NCBI GenBank assembly: GCA_017499595.2
Contig: CM039001.1
Coordinates: 3,596,001-3,660,000 of the forward strand
Length of the DNA: 64,000 nt
Direction of reading: 5' to 3'
Origin: Psilocybe cubensis
Taxonomy: Eukaryota
The stretch's first letter is position 1, and every line of letters starts with the position of its first letter. The notes below the pieces were generated by a model. The model was not told the origin of the DNA and ran no database searches. It worked only from the letters and a program-made list of their open reading frames with translations. The position numbers were made by a program, and so were the translations under genes. Of this stretch, positions 25,134 through 38,900 are shown piece by piece.

Positions 25134-27438
25134 TCATCGTGTTTCATACGCCGCTTTGCCTGCCGACTTGCCGTGGTCGTGGTCGTGGTCGTGGTCGTGG
25201 CACACACTGTTTGTCGGCTCGCTCTGCGTGATCTGCGAGGCCGAGGGGGGCGTAGGCGCCCGTGGGTCCTCCACCTTCCTCACATCACCAGCACCCGCAC
25301 CTTGACCCGAAGGCCCAGCCTCAGCCTCAGCCTCAGCGGCAGCGGCGGCGGCGGCGGCAGCAGCCTCCGCGCGCCTCCTCCTCTTCTCCTCCACATACTC
25401 CCTATCCCTCACCACCCCGCCGACCGTGCGGAACGTCGACGTGATCGGGAGCGGCACCCAGTTCTGCCAGAAGATGAGGGACCTGGTGACGGGCCCCATG
25501 CGCCGTGCGTGTCGGCGGTTCTGTGAGGACGAGGAGCAGGAGCAGGTGGTGGAGGAGGAGTCTTCGGTTGTGATGCGGAACAAGAAGGCGATGACGACGC
25601 TTAGGTTTGCGACTATTAGGGAGACTGAGATCTTTAGGTGCGACGTGTGTGCGCGGGCGGTGGGAAACGCGGAACGGGGACGGAAAAACACAAAGATAAA
25701 GATAGAGTAGAGTAGGTCAGCACCAGAACGCAGCCACAAATTGATACAAGCGCCCACAAAACACACAAGCGCCCCACAAAAAAAGAATAAAATAAAATAA
25801 ATAAAAAAAACTATAAACGCAAACGTACCTGGAGAACAGCAGCAAGCAACTCCGGGAGCCCGCCCCATTTAAGCACAAAATACGCATGGTTGAGGCTGAT
25901 AGCGGTGGTCGCGAGCGTGGTGGAGAATATCGCCACGACGCGGATTTTTTGTTGGTAGTCGAGGTTTATGCGCCAGACGAGTTGGATGGGCGCGAGGATT
26001 AGTATCGCGTCGCTTAGCACGTCGGCTGTATGTTCAATTTGAATTTAAGTGTGTATGTCGGTTTTTTTGGATATTTGGATTTATTTTTGGAGGTTCGGAG
26101 GTGTGAGAGAAGCAAGCGAGCGAGTGAACGGAGCACCGGGTGCAAAAAGTGAAAGTGTGGGGTAGAGATGAGGTGATGATCAGCATTGATATTGATGTTT
26201 GTGAAACGATGGGAATGGAAGAAGAGAAGAGAAGAAGAGGCGCACGACTTCTACTTTTAGGAAGTCAAAGTCGGCAAAGGTGGGAAACGTCTATTCGACG
26301 ATAGAATCGGCTCTGTTGACTTGATACGCGCTACCGTGCGCTTATTAGCGCTTAGCACTTGCGCCAAGTAAGTCACTTGTAAGTAAGCGGATGAACGTTT
26401 GAACGCCGGGGTTGACATCTGTTCAAAAGCACCATGCTCCCTGGACAATGCTCTCTGGACAATGGTGCCGTAACACAATGCCTAGTAGCCAAGCCAGCAA
26501 GCCGCGCAGCGTTGAGTGGGTAAACGTACATCCCATCCCGCAAGTGCCAAAATGCCCCACACCCAAAATGTAACCCCACAAACAACGAAACAGAAAAAGC
26601 AAATACGATTCCAAAAGCAAGGCTAGACAGAGCTAGATTCAGACTCACTGATGACCTGTGCGACAGCGACCTGCGTGCCCAACGGGCACTGCGGGTGGAT
26701 CTGTGATTTCCACTGGTTGGGGTTGGCCTCGCAGACCCACCAGATCTGGGCGAAGAGGATGGCCCAGGTGACGCCGAAGAGGACGCCTGTCCAGACGAGT
26801 ACCGTTCGGAGCCGTCCAAGAGACACCCGGATGATGGTGAGCAAGATGGACATCCGGGACGACCTGGCGGCGAACGCAGAGTCAGTAAGCTCGTTGGCGG
26901 TTGAGGGTTAGGATCATTTTTGGCGGTGGTGTGCGTACCATGTTACAGCGTAGAAGAAATTAGGCAGACTTTGAATTAATATCAATGTTAGCCCAGGATA
27001 AATGGTGAGTTCATTAGTAGCGTTGACATACATATATGCAATAATTAGTTTAAGCCGCATCGAATGCGTGTCTTTTTAGAATGACACCGCAGCATGCCAG
27101 TCAGTCAGTCCAGTCAAGTACTAAGAAGGGGGACTTACAAGGGTCTTGCAAGTGCACCTCTACCGCCGCCATGAACACCACCAGCAGAATCATCGCCATG
27201 AACGCCCAAATGTCGTCCCACCAGATCCGATGCGTCCGCATACGATCCCACAGCCGAAAACAGGTCACCAGCACCGCGATCGATGAAAAGACATAATTCA
27301 CAACTACGATTCCAAAAAAAACAAAAAAAGACAGCAAAAGGTCAGCAATTTAACATACATCGGAGAAGATTTGCCTGAATCGTTTTTCGGAGGGACGGAC
27401 TTACTTCTCACATCTTCTGGTCTCAGACGGCCCAACAT
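25134..27438 (-). CDS. Fungal rhodopsin-domain (PTH11-like) multi-pass membrane protein
   Basis: AVLVTCFRLWDRMRTHRIWWDDIWA, SSRMSILLTIIRV, WAILFAQIWWVCE...QCPLGTQVAVAQVI, DVLSDAILILAPIQLVW and SVSLIVANLSVV match the PTH11-like TM pattern; low-complexity C-terminal tail. Confidence 0.8.
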
Positions 27439-29741
27439 TCCAGACGAATGACAAGAGCGGAGCGCAGGCGCGCTACCCTACTCCACAACGCGCGGGGTAT
27501 CGAACTTCAACGGACGGCGTCCTTGAAGGATATCGGGGGAGGGCAAGAGATGGGAGGAGGGGTGGAAGTGGGACGGTTCAAACGTCAGACGGGAATCCGA
27601 AAAGACAAACCATTGCTTCCCCGGATGCCAGTCTTATTATAACCGCCAAAAAAATGCCAATGGCATTGTACGTTATATAATTTACATTTGCCTGCAACAT
27701 GGGTCGTTGTTGTCATGTTATGTATGCAAGTAGTGCGCATTTCTATTCTAATCATCTACATAGACGGACGGGAGAAGTAGTGCATGCGCATCTATACTGG
27801 ATTCCGGGAATTTTTGGATCCATGGACCATTGACATGGACCGCTTTTGAATTGGATCAAGACAACACGTTTCATGCACAGGTTTTCCTTTGTCACAAAGG
27901 AATTAAATCGCGTTAATTTGCTACGGGTATGATGATTCGCTCGCTCCTTGTCATTTGGGCCTTGTGTTTTTCCACGGGTGGGGTGGGGGTGGACTTACGG
28001 AGTATGTATGTAGTAGATATCCGCAACTAGCAGGAATCAGGATGGCACGCTCTACGCCGATGCCCGGGGTTCCCATAATTCCTTTTCAACAAAGACATCA
28101 AGAAACTAGCACTGGCACTATAATTACTAGCAACTCCTGGTTAGCTTTGTTGATGAGATGGACTCGGATTCCGCAGGGGATAATGGATACTGACAGAGTC
28201 CAGAAGCATCCTGAGGAATAAATGAGGTTGCATCGAGGCTTTCCCTTCCCTTTCAAAAAACATTAAATTTTAATTCCCCGGATTGCGGATGCGGATGCGA
28301 ATGTAATATCTGCTGAATTGTTCACGAGGGGTACTTTTAAAAAAAATAAAACCTGCGAATGGACCAGGCTAGTGGCACGACAGCCAGACAGAGCGCGCGC
28401 GCGCGCACAAATCGGTATATCATAGTCACCCAGAGCACCTCCCTCACGAGTCCGCAAACACCACAAATCAATCCGGAACGTTAGCCATCGACGGTTTACC
28501 GGACTCCCGGAGGAGAGGGGAGGGGATATTAAAGGATCACACTATGTACAATGTGTCAAGGGTACACGTACTCCTATCTCGCAGGCCGCGGAGAATAAGG
28601 TGTCAGGTGGATGGGGGGACGGAACACGATTGGGCTGAGTGCGTATCATTTCCAGCTTCATGTTTTGCGGTACTGCGTCTGAGACTGACTTTCCCGATGT
28701 TAATCCCATATCGAACCGTAGTGTAGTATCTAATAATGTCTAGATAGGATACACAAATCAAGGAAGCGGAAGCTCTCAACTCTGGGACTCAACGATATCT
28801 TTGTGCGGCAGGATCAAAGCCAGATGGGAACCTTTCGTTTTCACGATGCCATATCCACGAGTGATTAATGTTCTAAAAATAAACGGACGAGCATGGTACT
28901 GCCTTCGTCCAGGAGCGAAACACGCAGGGATGATAGGAGAAACAGAATCTTTAAACAAGGGTCGGAGGAGAGATGAAAATCAAGCTGGAGGGAGGGACAT
29001 TTTCCTACGTAAAAAACGGACAATCAGTTTTCGTAGTCGAGTTATCGTAGGATTGAGTACCTGAATTACTCCAACCGAGCGAATGGTGGTAGTAGACGTG
29101 GGTTTAGCGTTTTTCAATTGAGGTTTGAACGTGTGATATGTCACTGAATGTTAGCAGTTTTCTCGTCGCCTGCGTTTGAAAACACAGAATGATTTTGTGC
29201 ATCGATCCAGGGCGCCTAAATCAACAATCATTTATCAGAGTATGAACAGCCAGCGGCAAGACGCTCTGAAAAAAGATTAAACCTGTAAAATTTTAATTTC
29301 GAAATCCTCTCGAGCAGCAATTCGTTGTTCAGGCCCCTTCGGAGTCGATAATTCTGTCTATCAGTTGGAGACAGTTAAAATTTTCCAATGTCACCAAGGC
29401 ATTTTTTTTGACATCATAAAACTACTTGGCGTGTCTCGTACATGCCCAGTGCCTCTCGCACTGCGCAGTTGCATCCAACGGTGCTGACAGTGAAAAAAAA
29501 CGCGATGAATTAGAACCACCCAACTAACCGTGTGACAAACTGAATAACGGATGACGGATGAGAAGCTTCCCAAGATTTTACGGTCTCTTAAATGACAACC
29601 TGACTGAGCCTCGATCAAATATCCGACTGGGAACGGAGGCGGCGGCGGCGTGACCCCACCTATCCACCCACGATCGGTTAGACGGGATTGTCTTAAAGAC
29701 CGTCAACGGTTCCCTGGTCGAGTCGTTATACCGACTCCATC

Positions 29742-30816
29742 ATGTCATATCTATCCACTGATAAAATCTTGAAATCCAGTGATGGCACCGTTATCTTCGC
29801 CAGAGCGGTTGGTCAACCTGATCGACCCAGCCTGGTCTTTGTCCACGGGCTTGCGCTGAGTGGAATTGTATTTGACGACCTGTTCAAGAATCAAGATCTG
29901 TTAGATCGGTTTTACCTGGTACGAATCGAAATGACACCCCCCACCCCCACCCCCACTTCTCCATCCCCGCCTTTTCACCGTTGTCGCGCCCTTCCTAATT
30001 GTACTCATGGAAGGTCTCATATGACATGCGCGGACACGGAAGAAGTGGGAAGCCTGATACAATCGAGGGACATGCATCGAACTTGTACGCGGATGATTTT
30101 GTAGCGGTGGTTAACGCTTTCGGTCTACAGTCTCCTCTCTTCGTGGGCTGGTAAGCAAAGACCAATTTTTGCCGGCTAGAAACTTACCAATGGTCTATGT
30201 ACAACAGGAGCCTTGGCGGTAAGCATGGGACGACGACATTTAGGTAAAACGACATGCTTACATCGATACTGTTGGGGCAGCTACTGTCGCATGCGATATT
30301 TGTGCGAATCTAGAACCAGGCGCGATCTCAGGAATCGTATACGCCGCAGGAATGCCATACCTCGGCCCAGTCACCAGTGTAGTTGGAAAACCATTCGTTC
30401 TTGGGTGTCTTCCAGGTCTCTACTGCACCGATAACGTTAACGTGTCGGTTGAAACCAAGGTCGCTTTTGTTGATTCAGTCTTCACCGATCCCGATAGTGT
30501 TCCTATACACATCAAATGGGCATGGTTAGGCTCTGCAACAGTTCAGTATCCTGCTGTATCTCGAGCAGTTCTTGGGCGAATACAGGATCCAGAGAAACTT
30601 TACGAAGCTGGATCCAACGGGCTTCCGTTATTGCTGGTATACGGTACAGAGGACAAACACCTGGATGGCGAGGCCGCAGATAAGTGGATGAGGCCACATT
30701 TCAAAGATTTTGAGGTTCATTTTATTCAAGAGGGAAGCCATTCGCCATTCTACGACAATGAAGAAGAATTTGTTGGAGTTCTCGTCAATTTCGCGTCTCG
30801 AGTCTTTTCCAAGTAG
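29742..30816 (+). CDS. Alpha/beta-fold hydrolase (AB hydrolase 1 / non-heme haloperoxidase-like)
   Basis: LVFVHGL, YDMRGHGRSGKP, nucleophile elbow GWSLGA (spliced), LLLVYGTEDK, GSHSPFYD. Confidence 0.88.
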
Positions 30817-31012
30817 TCGGAAGCATTCCAATGCATGATGATAGGAGGTTTCCAAACAAGCTTGAGTGTGCAAATGAATAGGAGACAAAGCATGAGTGCA
30901 GACTGTAAGTTGAAGCGTCGTGCAGCTCGCCTTTACTTAATCTTTGAGGACTGTGTATGACAAGGAATGAAATTTTAGCGCTTAACATGAATAGGCGGTA
31001 GGTAAGTAAAGC

Positions 31013-33438
31013 CTAGTTGCATCCTTTCCCGTTCCTCACCGTTACTTCTGGATACTTTTGTTCCAGAAGGAATGGGAAAGCAGGGGTAATAGGACCATTC
31101 TGGCTAAGCTTCGAAACGGCATCATACATGGCGCGCTCTTCGCTATTCATATTAGCCATCAATTCTTCTGCTTTGTTGATACCATTTTCGTGCCATGGTT
31201 CCGGGAAAGGCTTTCCGAGAGGCTCGCAAACAGTCCCAGGCTCGGGGAGGGTCCCATCCACGAAGTACTGGCGAACGTACTTTTGAGTGCATAGGGACGG
31301 GGCAGAAATGGAACAGTGCTTTAGATAAAAGAAATTCAAGTAAGCTCAATTGGCAAAGGACGCAGGTTCGACTCACCCCAGCGGAGTTCTGAGTTAAAAC
31401 GACAGAGTCTTTAAATCCTTTTGACATTTTCTTCGCACTGCGCCCCAGTGTCACATACGTCAGTTTCTATATCTCGTCATGAATTAAAACATGACTTACG
31501 CCCATAGCGGCGTCACCGGGTCTGTAATGCAGAATGTAAGAGTGCACTGTTCACGTGTACGGTAGTTTTAAACCTACCTGCGGTGTTTCCAATAAGTAAG
31601 ATGGGATGGCTTGTGCTTGTGTTAAAAGGCCCTGATGACGGTCATATATAAGGCATTGGGTATAACCCTACGAGACAAGCCGTGCTTACCTTGGAAGTGA
31701 TCTTTAGGAAATTTTGGCCAGCCTCTATAGCTGTCATTAGAGATGGTCAATCATAAACTCACATTCACTTACACGCAACTAAATCGTATTCTCGCCCATA
31801 TTTCTGACCAGCCCGATCCCTCAATTACGGATTTGAAATATTCTTCTGATGATTCCAAGTCGTCGGGTACATCATCGCCATCATTGCATAGAATCGCCGT
31901 CTGGGCATCTATGACGCTATCAAATTGTCTTTTTGAGGCGTCGCATTCGCACTGATACGGTGCAGCAGTAATCCTGTCATAAATTGCGTTGGCTTTCCCA
32001 CCCGCAAGATCGGCAAGTCCTTCTGCGAGAGATTTGAAAGTCGCATAGGGGGAATAAAGGGACGAAAACACAGCCGAACGTAGAAGGATATAGTCAAAGA
32101 CACCGTATTTTGAATCGGATTTTACAGGGATCGGACGACCACGTAATTCACCATATAATCTGGTCAGATTTTGACGGATATCTTCTGCTGTTGGAGCCCA
32201 GAAGGGACAGCCACGGGGACCCGCCTCAGCACACCCGGTGAAGAAAGTGTCCACGGCTTTGTCGGTGTCCAGAAGATTCTTGGACCACAAGGCTGAGGGG
32301 GGGATGAGATATGGTCCGGATATCACAATGATTACAAAGCATACTTGCGTAGTAATCCTCCGAGTCGACAACACCGTCAATCAGAAGACGCTCAATTCTG
32401 TCCTACAGAGAAAGTTAGCGACACAAGGTAAAATCGAAATTGGGTCTCACCGGAAACATTGCTGCGAATGTAGCACCCAAGACAGACCCGTACCTGCCCG
32501 GATTCAGAATTGAGCCATATGTTCCAGTGCAAATAAGTTTCTAGTGGTCTCACGAAAAGCCCCAGTACTGTATCTTCGTCCTGCCATGTGCTTCAACGAT
32601 GCGCAACATGTCACGGGCGGTTTGATCTGTGTTGATGTGCCTTAGGTACCCGTAGTCGGTCTCAGCGGCTAGTTGTCCAAGTACTTTAGAACGAGCCAAC
32701 GTTCTAGTTATACCCTCCTCGGAGTTGTTAGCCAGCGTTGGGAGACCATTTTGGGACCATAACGAGCGCTCGACATCAGTTTTGAAGAACGAAACGCGAG
32801 GTGTAGAACGTGCGATGCCTAATGAATATTATTGTGTGAGCGTGCCAAACCATTTAGCATCAGAAATAATTGCTATTCACCGCGAGGGTCGAAACCAACA
32901 ACGTCGAAGCGAGGACCTACGATGAGGCTTAAAAGGTCACCATTAGTACCTTGAATCAAGTCTACACCACTCCCTCCTGGTCCTCCTGGATTGAAAAGAA
33001 TGGGACCGCGATAAAATCTAGATGTGCTGGGGATCAACGCGGGTTTACGAATAAGAGCAATGGTGGCTTCTTGTCCATCGGGATCTGAATGATTAAGAGG
33101 TACCTGCCAGTATCATGGTTATGATTGTTTAGAAGAAAAATACAAGGGTGCTCACAATCAAGCGGGCGCATTGACGTTCGCGAAAGCAAGGCTGCCATTT
33201 GAGATCTTTGGATGGCACAACCTACAAAAATGAGCGGAAAGTTAAGAAGATCAACTGATCAAGTGATTCAAGATAGTCATGAGTGTCGCCAACACACCTC
33301 TTGCCATGAAAATTCTTTGGACGCCGCTCGCAAAAATGGATTATTGTTTAAGACAGTATAAGAAGATGTCCAATGCAGGACAGCAATTCCACAGAGCAAG
33401 GAAATGAGAAATGCAGTGGCAGGTCTTCGCTTTGGCAT
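31013..33438 (-). CDS. Secreted or anchored alpha/beta hydrolase, tripeptidyl-aminopeptidase (TAP)-like
   Basis: Hydrophobic N-terminus; GPILFNPGGPGGSG, VGFDPRG, TDQTARDMLRIV, YWGFSYGSVLG, AILCNDG, LLIGNTADPVTP, HCSISAPSLCTQKYVRQYFVDGTLPEPGTVC. Confidence 0.88.
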
Positions 33439-34219
33439 AGTGGTCACCAAGAGAGTTGAAGTGGTGGGAAGCTGCCAATGGGCTCAATATCAACCGCTGA
33501 TGCCATCGCATCACTGGAGCCGCAGTACGTTGATCACAATGTACCCCGTGAGTATAACAGAGTTGGGCATTGCATTCGAGAGCACAAGTGACTGTTCCCT
33601 AGGCGCCTAATACCATTGAACATGAGCATGTGCTTCGCAATGGCTTTCGTTTGGTGATAACAAGTGCGCGGAGAGCCCTGAGGGCGTGGCGTATTGGAAA
33701 TTCAACGGAGGTCGCCATGGGGGAAAACTACTGTGCCACCGCGCGGCCCGTGCGCCAGAGGCTGGCATCTGAAGTTTAATTATGGAACTCCGAGAAAGTC
33801 TCCGACTCGGCCAGACCGGGCCCAGAACATCTTAGCGTTCAAAAAAGTTGCATTCATTTAAGAGTAAAAAGCAAGATGCATAGCAGTTCAAGTCCTCTGG
33901 AACACTTACAAAGCTTAATAAATACCGGTCAACGTTCAACGTTCAACCTCAAAAAGTATCTGAATCTAAACACTAACTGGAGCGGCCAGACATTTACGTT
34001 TGTGAGCAATTCTTCTGTTCTACAGTTCTATTTTCAATTGATTTCCTCTGACAATTTTAAGTCCTGCAGATAAAGATATCTAAGACGCTGGCACAGACGG
34101 ATTGGATTATATCTCACAAGGCAAATGTGGTGTCAAAGTAGTAGTGAGCTTACTGTTTCTCCCAAAAAATTCACACATATATATTGTAAAAACTAATTTA
34201 CAGGTAAAATAATTTGAGT

Positions 34220-35693
34220 TCACTTGAGACTGGTGCTCTTCATAGCAGTTGTGCTTGAATAGGTTGGTGTACTAGTTGTTTCTGCAATCGGACATTGTGA
34301 TTCCATGATAACAGTGGTCAGGATAATGGAACTCCTTCGATCCACAGCATCTCTTCTTGGATAACTATCCCCCCTCTCATCCGCTGCCAACTTCCACATT
34401 TGCAACAGCAGTCTGCAAGTCTGCGGTATATAATCCAATTAAATATGATTATTGAGAACCTTGTCAAACAAAGTATGATGAAGAGGCCCGCTTACAGCAA
34501 CTGACAACAAAGCGTTGTACCATCTTTAAAATAAAAGTCAGGCCTCGACGAAATACAATTCAAGTGATAAGCAGCTTACGATAGCATGGCATGTCCATCG
34601 TGCATTCCGAGGCGGAGTTGGGGAAAGAAGTTGTAGATCAACATACTAACTACAAGGGCTGACGATAACGATGGGTTAGTGATCAACCTTCAATGCTTAC
34701 AGGACGGTAATAATAGACACAGTACCGAGGACCAAAATGAAGGTGGCCAGACCCTGACTCAAGAGCATAGATGTAAGAGGGGTTTGAGATTTTCCTGATC
34801 GGTGTCTCCAAATCAAGCCAATAAGAATTGCCACAACAGGGACAGTCTGCCCTAATACAGCACCAGCGCTAGGTTTTGGCTAGTAAGTAGAGTCGGAAGA
34901 GCGGCTGTGTATATTTTAGCGCGATCGACCTACCTGAAGAAGTATATACTCGCATCCTTGGCTCCAGCTGCCAATGAGAAGCTGCATCCTACTGGGCTAA
35001 TGATTGTGTGAATAAAAATTCCGCTGGCGCCAAGTTCCAACAAGACTGAAGTAGCGAAAGTGAATAGAAAGAACAACTTGATTCTACGCCATTGATTATA
35101 TAGTGCAAATGCTGACGAAAAAGTAAGTACGTTGAACTATCAGTAGAGTAGATCTTTACGTACCTCTTAGTGTTATGACCACTTCCATAAAGAAAATACT
35201 CATCTGCGTACACATCGCCTGTGATATCAAAGTCGTCCGACATAGAGTCCTGTCTGTCGATGGATACGTAAAAAGATAGATGGAGAGCACTTGATTAACT
35301 CTGCATGAACACGTCAGTGTACTAATAAACCATGCAATCAATTAATGAAAAGCATACATTTGACCCAGGAGCATCAAATAACGAGAACAAGCGTAAAGTG
35401 CCTTTAAAGTGCCTAATAGGTTCCCTCTATATTCCGTTAACATTTGTTAGGCTTGGATAACTGTTAAACGTTGACATACCTCCACAGATGTTGGATCTCA
35501 TCTGGAAAACAGACAGCAGCCTCCCATATCTGTATAACCAGTGACGCAACTAAATATTTCTTAAACAAACAATTGACATGGAAGACAATATGAAGGTGTA
35601 CGAACCGGTAGCTAAACTCGCCGAATCTTGAGAGTATGCTCCATGATGATCATGCTCGTCGAAGGTACCTTTTTGAAAGAATAAACTTGGCAT
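34220..35693 (-). CDS. DUF6533-type membrane protein, copy B' (inverted paralog of B)
   Basis: Reverse complement aligns with 16239-17724 through exons and introns (e.g. RVNQVLSIYLFTYPSTDRTLCRT, TCRLLLQMWKLAADER). Confidence 0.82.
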
Positions 35694-35985
35694 TGGTAGC
35701 TGGCAGTTGCTTCAGCGAGGACGTAAGGGAATGTGATGGTTTGACAACGGCCACAATAACGATGCATAGCATCGAAGCCGACTTCATTTTGATGTGGTCG
35801 ATTAAATACTCCACAGCACTCAGGGCTGGCTCGCGTATCTAGGGTCAGCTGTGGTATAGATTTAGACTATCATAGATGACATGCATTCAAACGTGCCTTT
35901 GGAGACGAAACAAAAAGTTTGAATGTTGGGCAACGCAAATAAATTGGGTTATAATATAATAGTTGCGACTATCACGTTTACGTAT

Positions 35986-38900
35986 TCATTTAGATTGGGC
36001 CCTGGTAATGGACATTATAGCTGCATTGGCAGGAGAGATAATGTCAACGGGTGGAAACTGCGAGTCAGGCACAACACTTGTCAGTACTACGGAGCTGCTC
36101 CGCTCGAAATCCTCCCCTTGTGGGCCGCTCGTGCCCATTTCGGACGTTCCTAGTTTCCACATTTGTAACAGGATTCGACAGGTCTGGAAGCAAATGAAAT
36201 GTCGATGTGTTAGCAACACAAAGACAACTTGAAATTCCACATACCCCAATCGATAATAGTGTACTATACCAGCTAACGTGAATTCAAGTTGGTCGCTATT
36301 AGGCTATAAAATTTCATCGGTACAATAAATGACTTACGATAGCACAGCGTATCCATTGTGCATGCCGTCGACAAGGTCAGGGAAAAAGTTACAAATTAGC
36401 ATGCTGACCACAAGAGCTGTCAGGTGCTCAGTCAGCGACAGCATGGACTAAATGTTAGAGTTCCCTCTAACGTAGACACACACACGTGCCTGTAGTCACA
36501 TATCACACAGTATTTGTAGACACACCCGTAGCTACGTAGCCTCAGTTCCTTCTTTGTTAGCACACCCAACACGTTCTGGTCCTTCGTCTCTCTCTCCCGC
36601 CTCGTCTCCGGGTCTCCTCCTAACATCAAGAAGGAACTCTAACACATTCAAAACATCCTCTCTCATCGCCTTTTGGCATTTCAATACCACCGTTTCCCAA
36701 ACTGCCTGGACTACCTCGTTCCCCTTCGATCCTGCCCATCCAGCAGGATATCGAAGCCTGTACCGACACTTGTGACCGCTACTCTTGGCAATTATTTTTT
36801 TTGCAAAGAGACCTCTTGTTGCACGAAGAAACCCTGCGTATTGCTTCCAACCAGGGTGCATCTTTTGATACCCTTCGGCGACTTACTGCTGCTGTTATAG
36901 ACTGTCAACGGTCAATCTCACATACCAGAGACCTTCTCGCTTCCGCTGAAAGACAGTTGCGTTACCTACACGACCAGGCTGATCGCGTTCGCGACCTACA
37001 AGATTGTCTGGCTACTCTGTCTCGCCGCATTGATAATCTGGCTTTTACCACCTCTCTTAGCCCTGCTATTTTGTCTGGACTTCACGCCCGCCTTGACGAT
37101 ATTCTCAGCTCTCCTCTCTTCTCCAGGTCCTCTACCCCAGACAGCTTACCTGACCTTGAACCCTCCGATTAGAAGCGCATATATTCACCCTTTTGGCGCA
37201 TACACCCACCCTCTCTGTTTTTTTCTCTTTCCTTTTTTTAATTCGCTTCTCGCTTATCGTTTGCACTCATGCCTCCCGGAAAAAGTAAAGGTCGTTCGGT
37301 CTCCCCCCGTCGTGGTCGTGACGGTAGTGATGACGACACTGTGTCCCGAATTGACCCTGCCATTATCGCTCTCATTAAGGCTAGCCAGGAATCCAATAAA
37401 GAAACTATGAAAGATATTCTCGAACTGTCGCGTATACAAGCCGAAACTATGTTCAAATCATTCCTCGCGTTACCCCAACTCCAAACCTCTACCCACTCCT
37501 CTGCGACTACCTCTACCGCCCGCTCTGGTGATTCACGCGCTTATAAGGTGCCCTTTCCAGGTGCCTTCGACGGCTCCTCTGATACTGTCGAAGACTTGCT
37601 GGCCTCATGGCGTAACTTTTTTCACTCCGACCCCGAAGCATACAAAACCACTGATTCCAAAGTACGCACCGCTCTCAGTTCTTTCAAGACCGGCACGCCC
37701 GCTGTCTGGCGTAACCAGCTCATTGAAGAGCTAGAGTCTGGGCAATGCGTCTTAACCAACTGGTCCGACTTTGAGGAGCGCGTGAAAGACTCCTTCCTGT
37801 TCCATTTCTCGCAACAACGCGCGGCACGCGAGATCATGTGCATCCGTCAGAACTCCACGCCCACTCAAGAGTTCATTATTATCTTCGAGAACCTTGCCTT
37901 TCGCTCCAAGTTTAACGACGAAGCGTTGATCCAATGCTTCAAAATGGCCTTGGATAAGCGTATTATGGAGGAGATTGGACGAACACACCGTGAGATGCCC
38001 ACATTCGCGGAATGGAAGAGTGCCGCAATCTTGATGGCTCACAGACTGCGTGAGACTGATGCCACGGTGACTCCGGTCGTCAACACCACCGCCACCTGGC
38101 GTCCTCCCCCTTCTTTCACCTCCACCCCTTCCACTGTTCAAAAGTCTAGCAACCCCCGCCCCGCTGCTCCTGCCCCCAACGCGACTCTACCTGCAAACAT
38201 CTCCGCTGCTCCGAATCGACGTGCCGCCCTGCCCTGCTTTAACTGCGGCGTATTTGGCCACTTCATGCGAGTCTGCCCCAAACCCAAAGATCTCGAATTC
38301 CAACGCAAATCACGCGCAAAACTGGAACGAGCTCGGGCCGTCCTCGAGTGCTTTGATGCTTTGCCTGATGACGACAAGCATGAGATTCGATGCGTTGATG
38401 TTGACGAAAGTGCCTTGTTTGATGATTCGGATTTTGTTTCTTGCGTCGAGTGAGTAGTACGTCCTCGCCGCTTCTGTACAACAACCCTGTAATTACTCCC
38501 AAATTGCATGTTGCATTGTCTCCAAAATCCGTACCTCTGCCCGTGTTACCTGTTTACGCGACCCCTCAACCTTCATTATCCAATTCTGTATTGACTCCTG
38601 ACAAGCCCTCTTCTTCAACAACATCACCCAACTCCGACTACCCGACACCAACACTCCTGCCCGCGCACCCACAACCTCCAACTATGGCACCCGATTGCAT
38701 TCCATATTCAGACCTCTTTTTATCCTGTCCTGAGGATGATCCACCAGAGCTGCAAGCCCCAGATGCCTCTGATGATTCGGATGAAGATTCGCCAACCAAG
38801 CCTGCTCAACAAACCTCCGCCCACGATGATGCATCTGTCTCTATGACACACGATGCAAGTCCACCACCGGCCCCACGCGACTCTCTACTTTGCAGCCCGC

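Noticed and set aside
21609-25352. Short tandem runs (CCGAGT)n, (TAGAG)n, (CGTGGT)n, (GCG)n
   Set aside because: Ordinary microsatellites, mostly coding low-complexity tracts; no CRISPR-like repeat-spacer structure.
27450-29700. Short ORFs in the intergenic region between the PTH11-like and hydrolase genes
   Set aside because: No motifs or consistent splice structure; most likely divergent promoter DNA.
36624-37172. Env-like gene in element 1
   Set aside because: It lies upstream of gag and has no signal peptide or TM segment.
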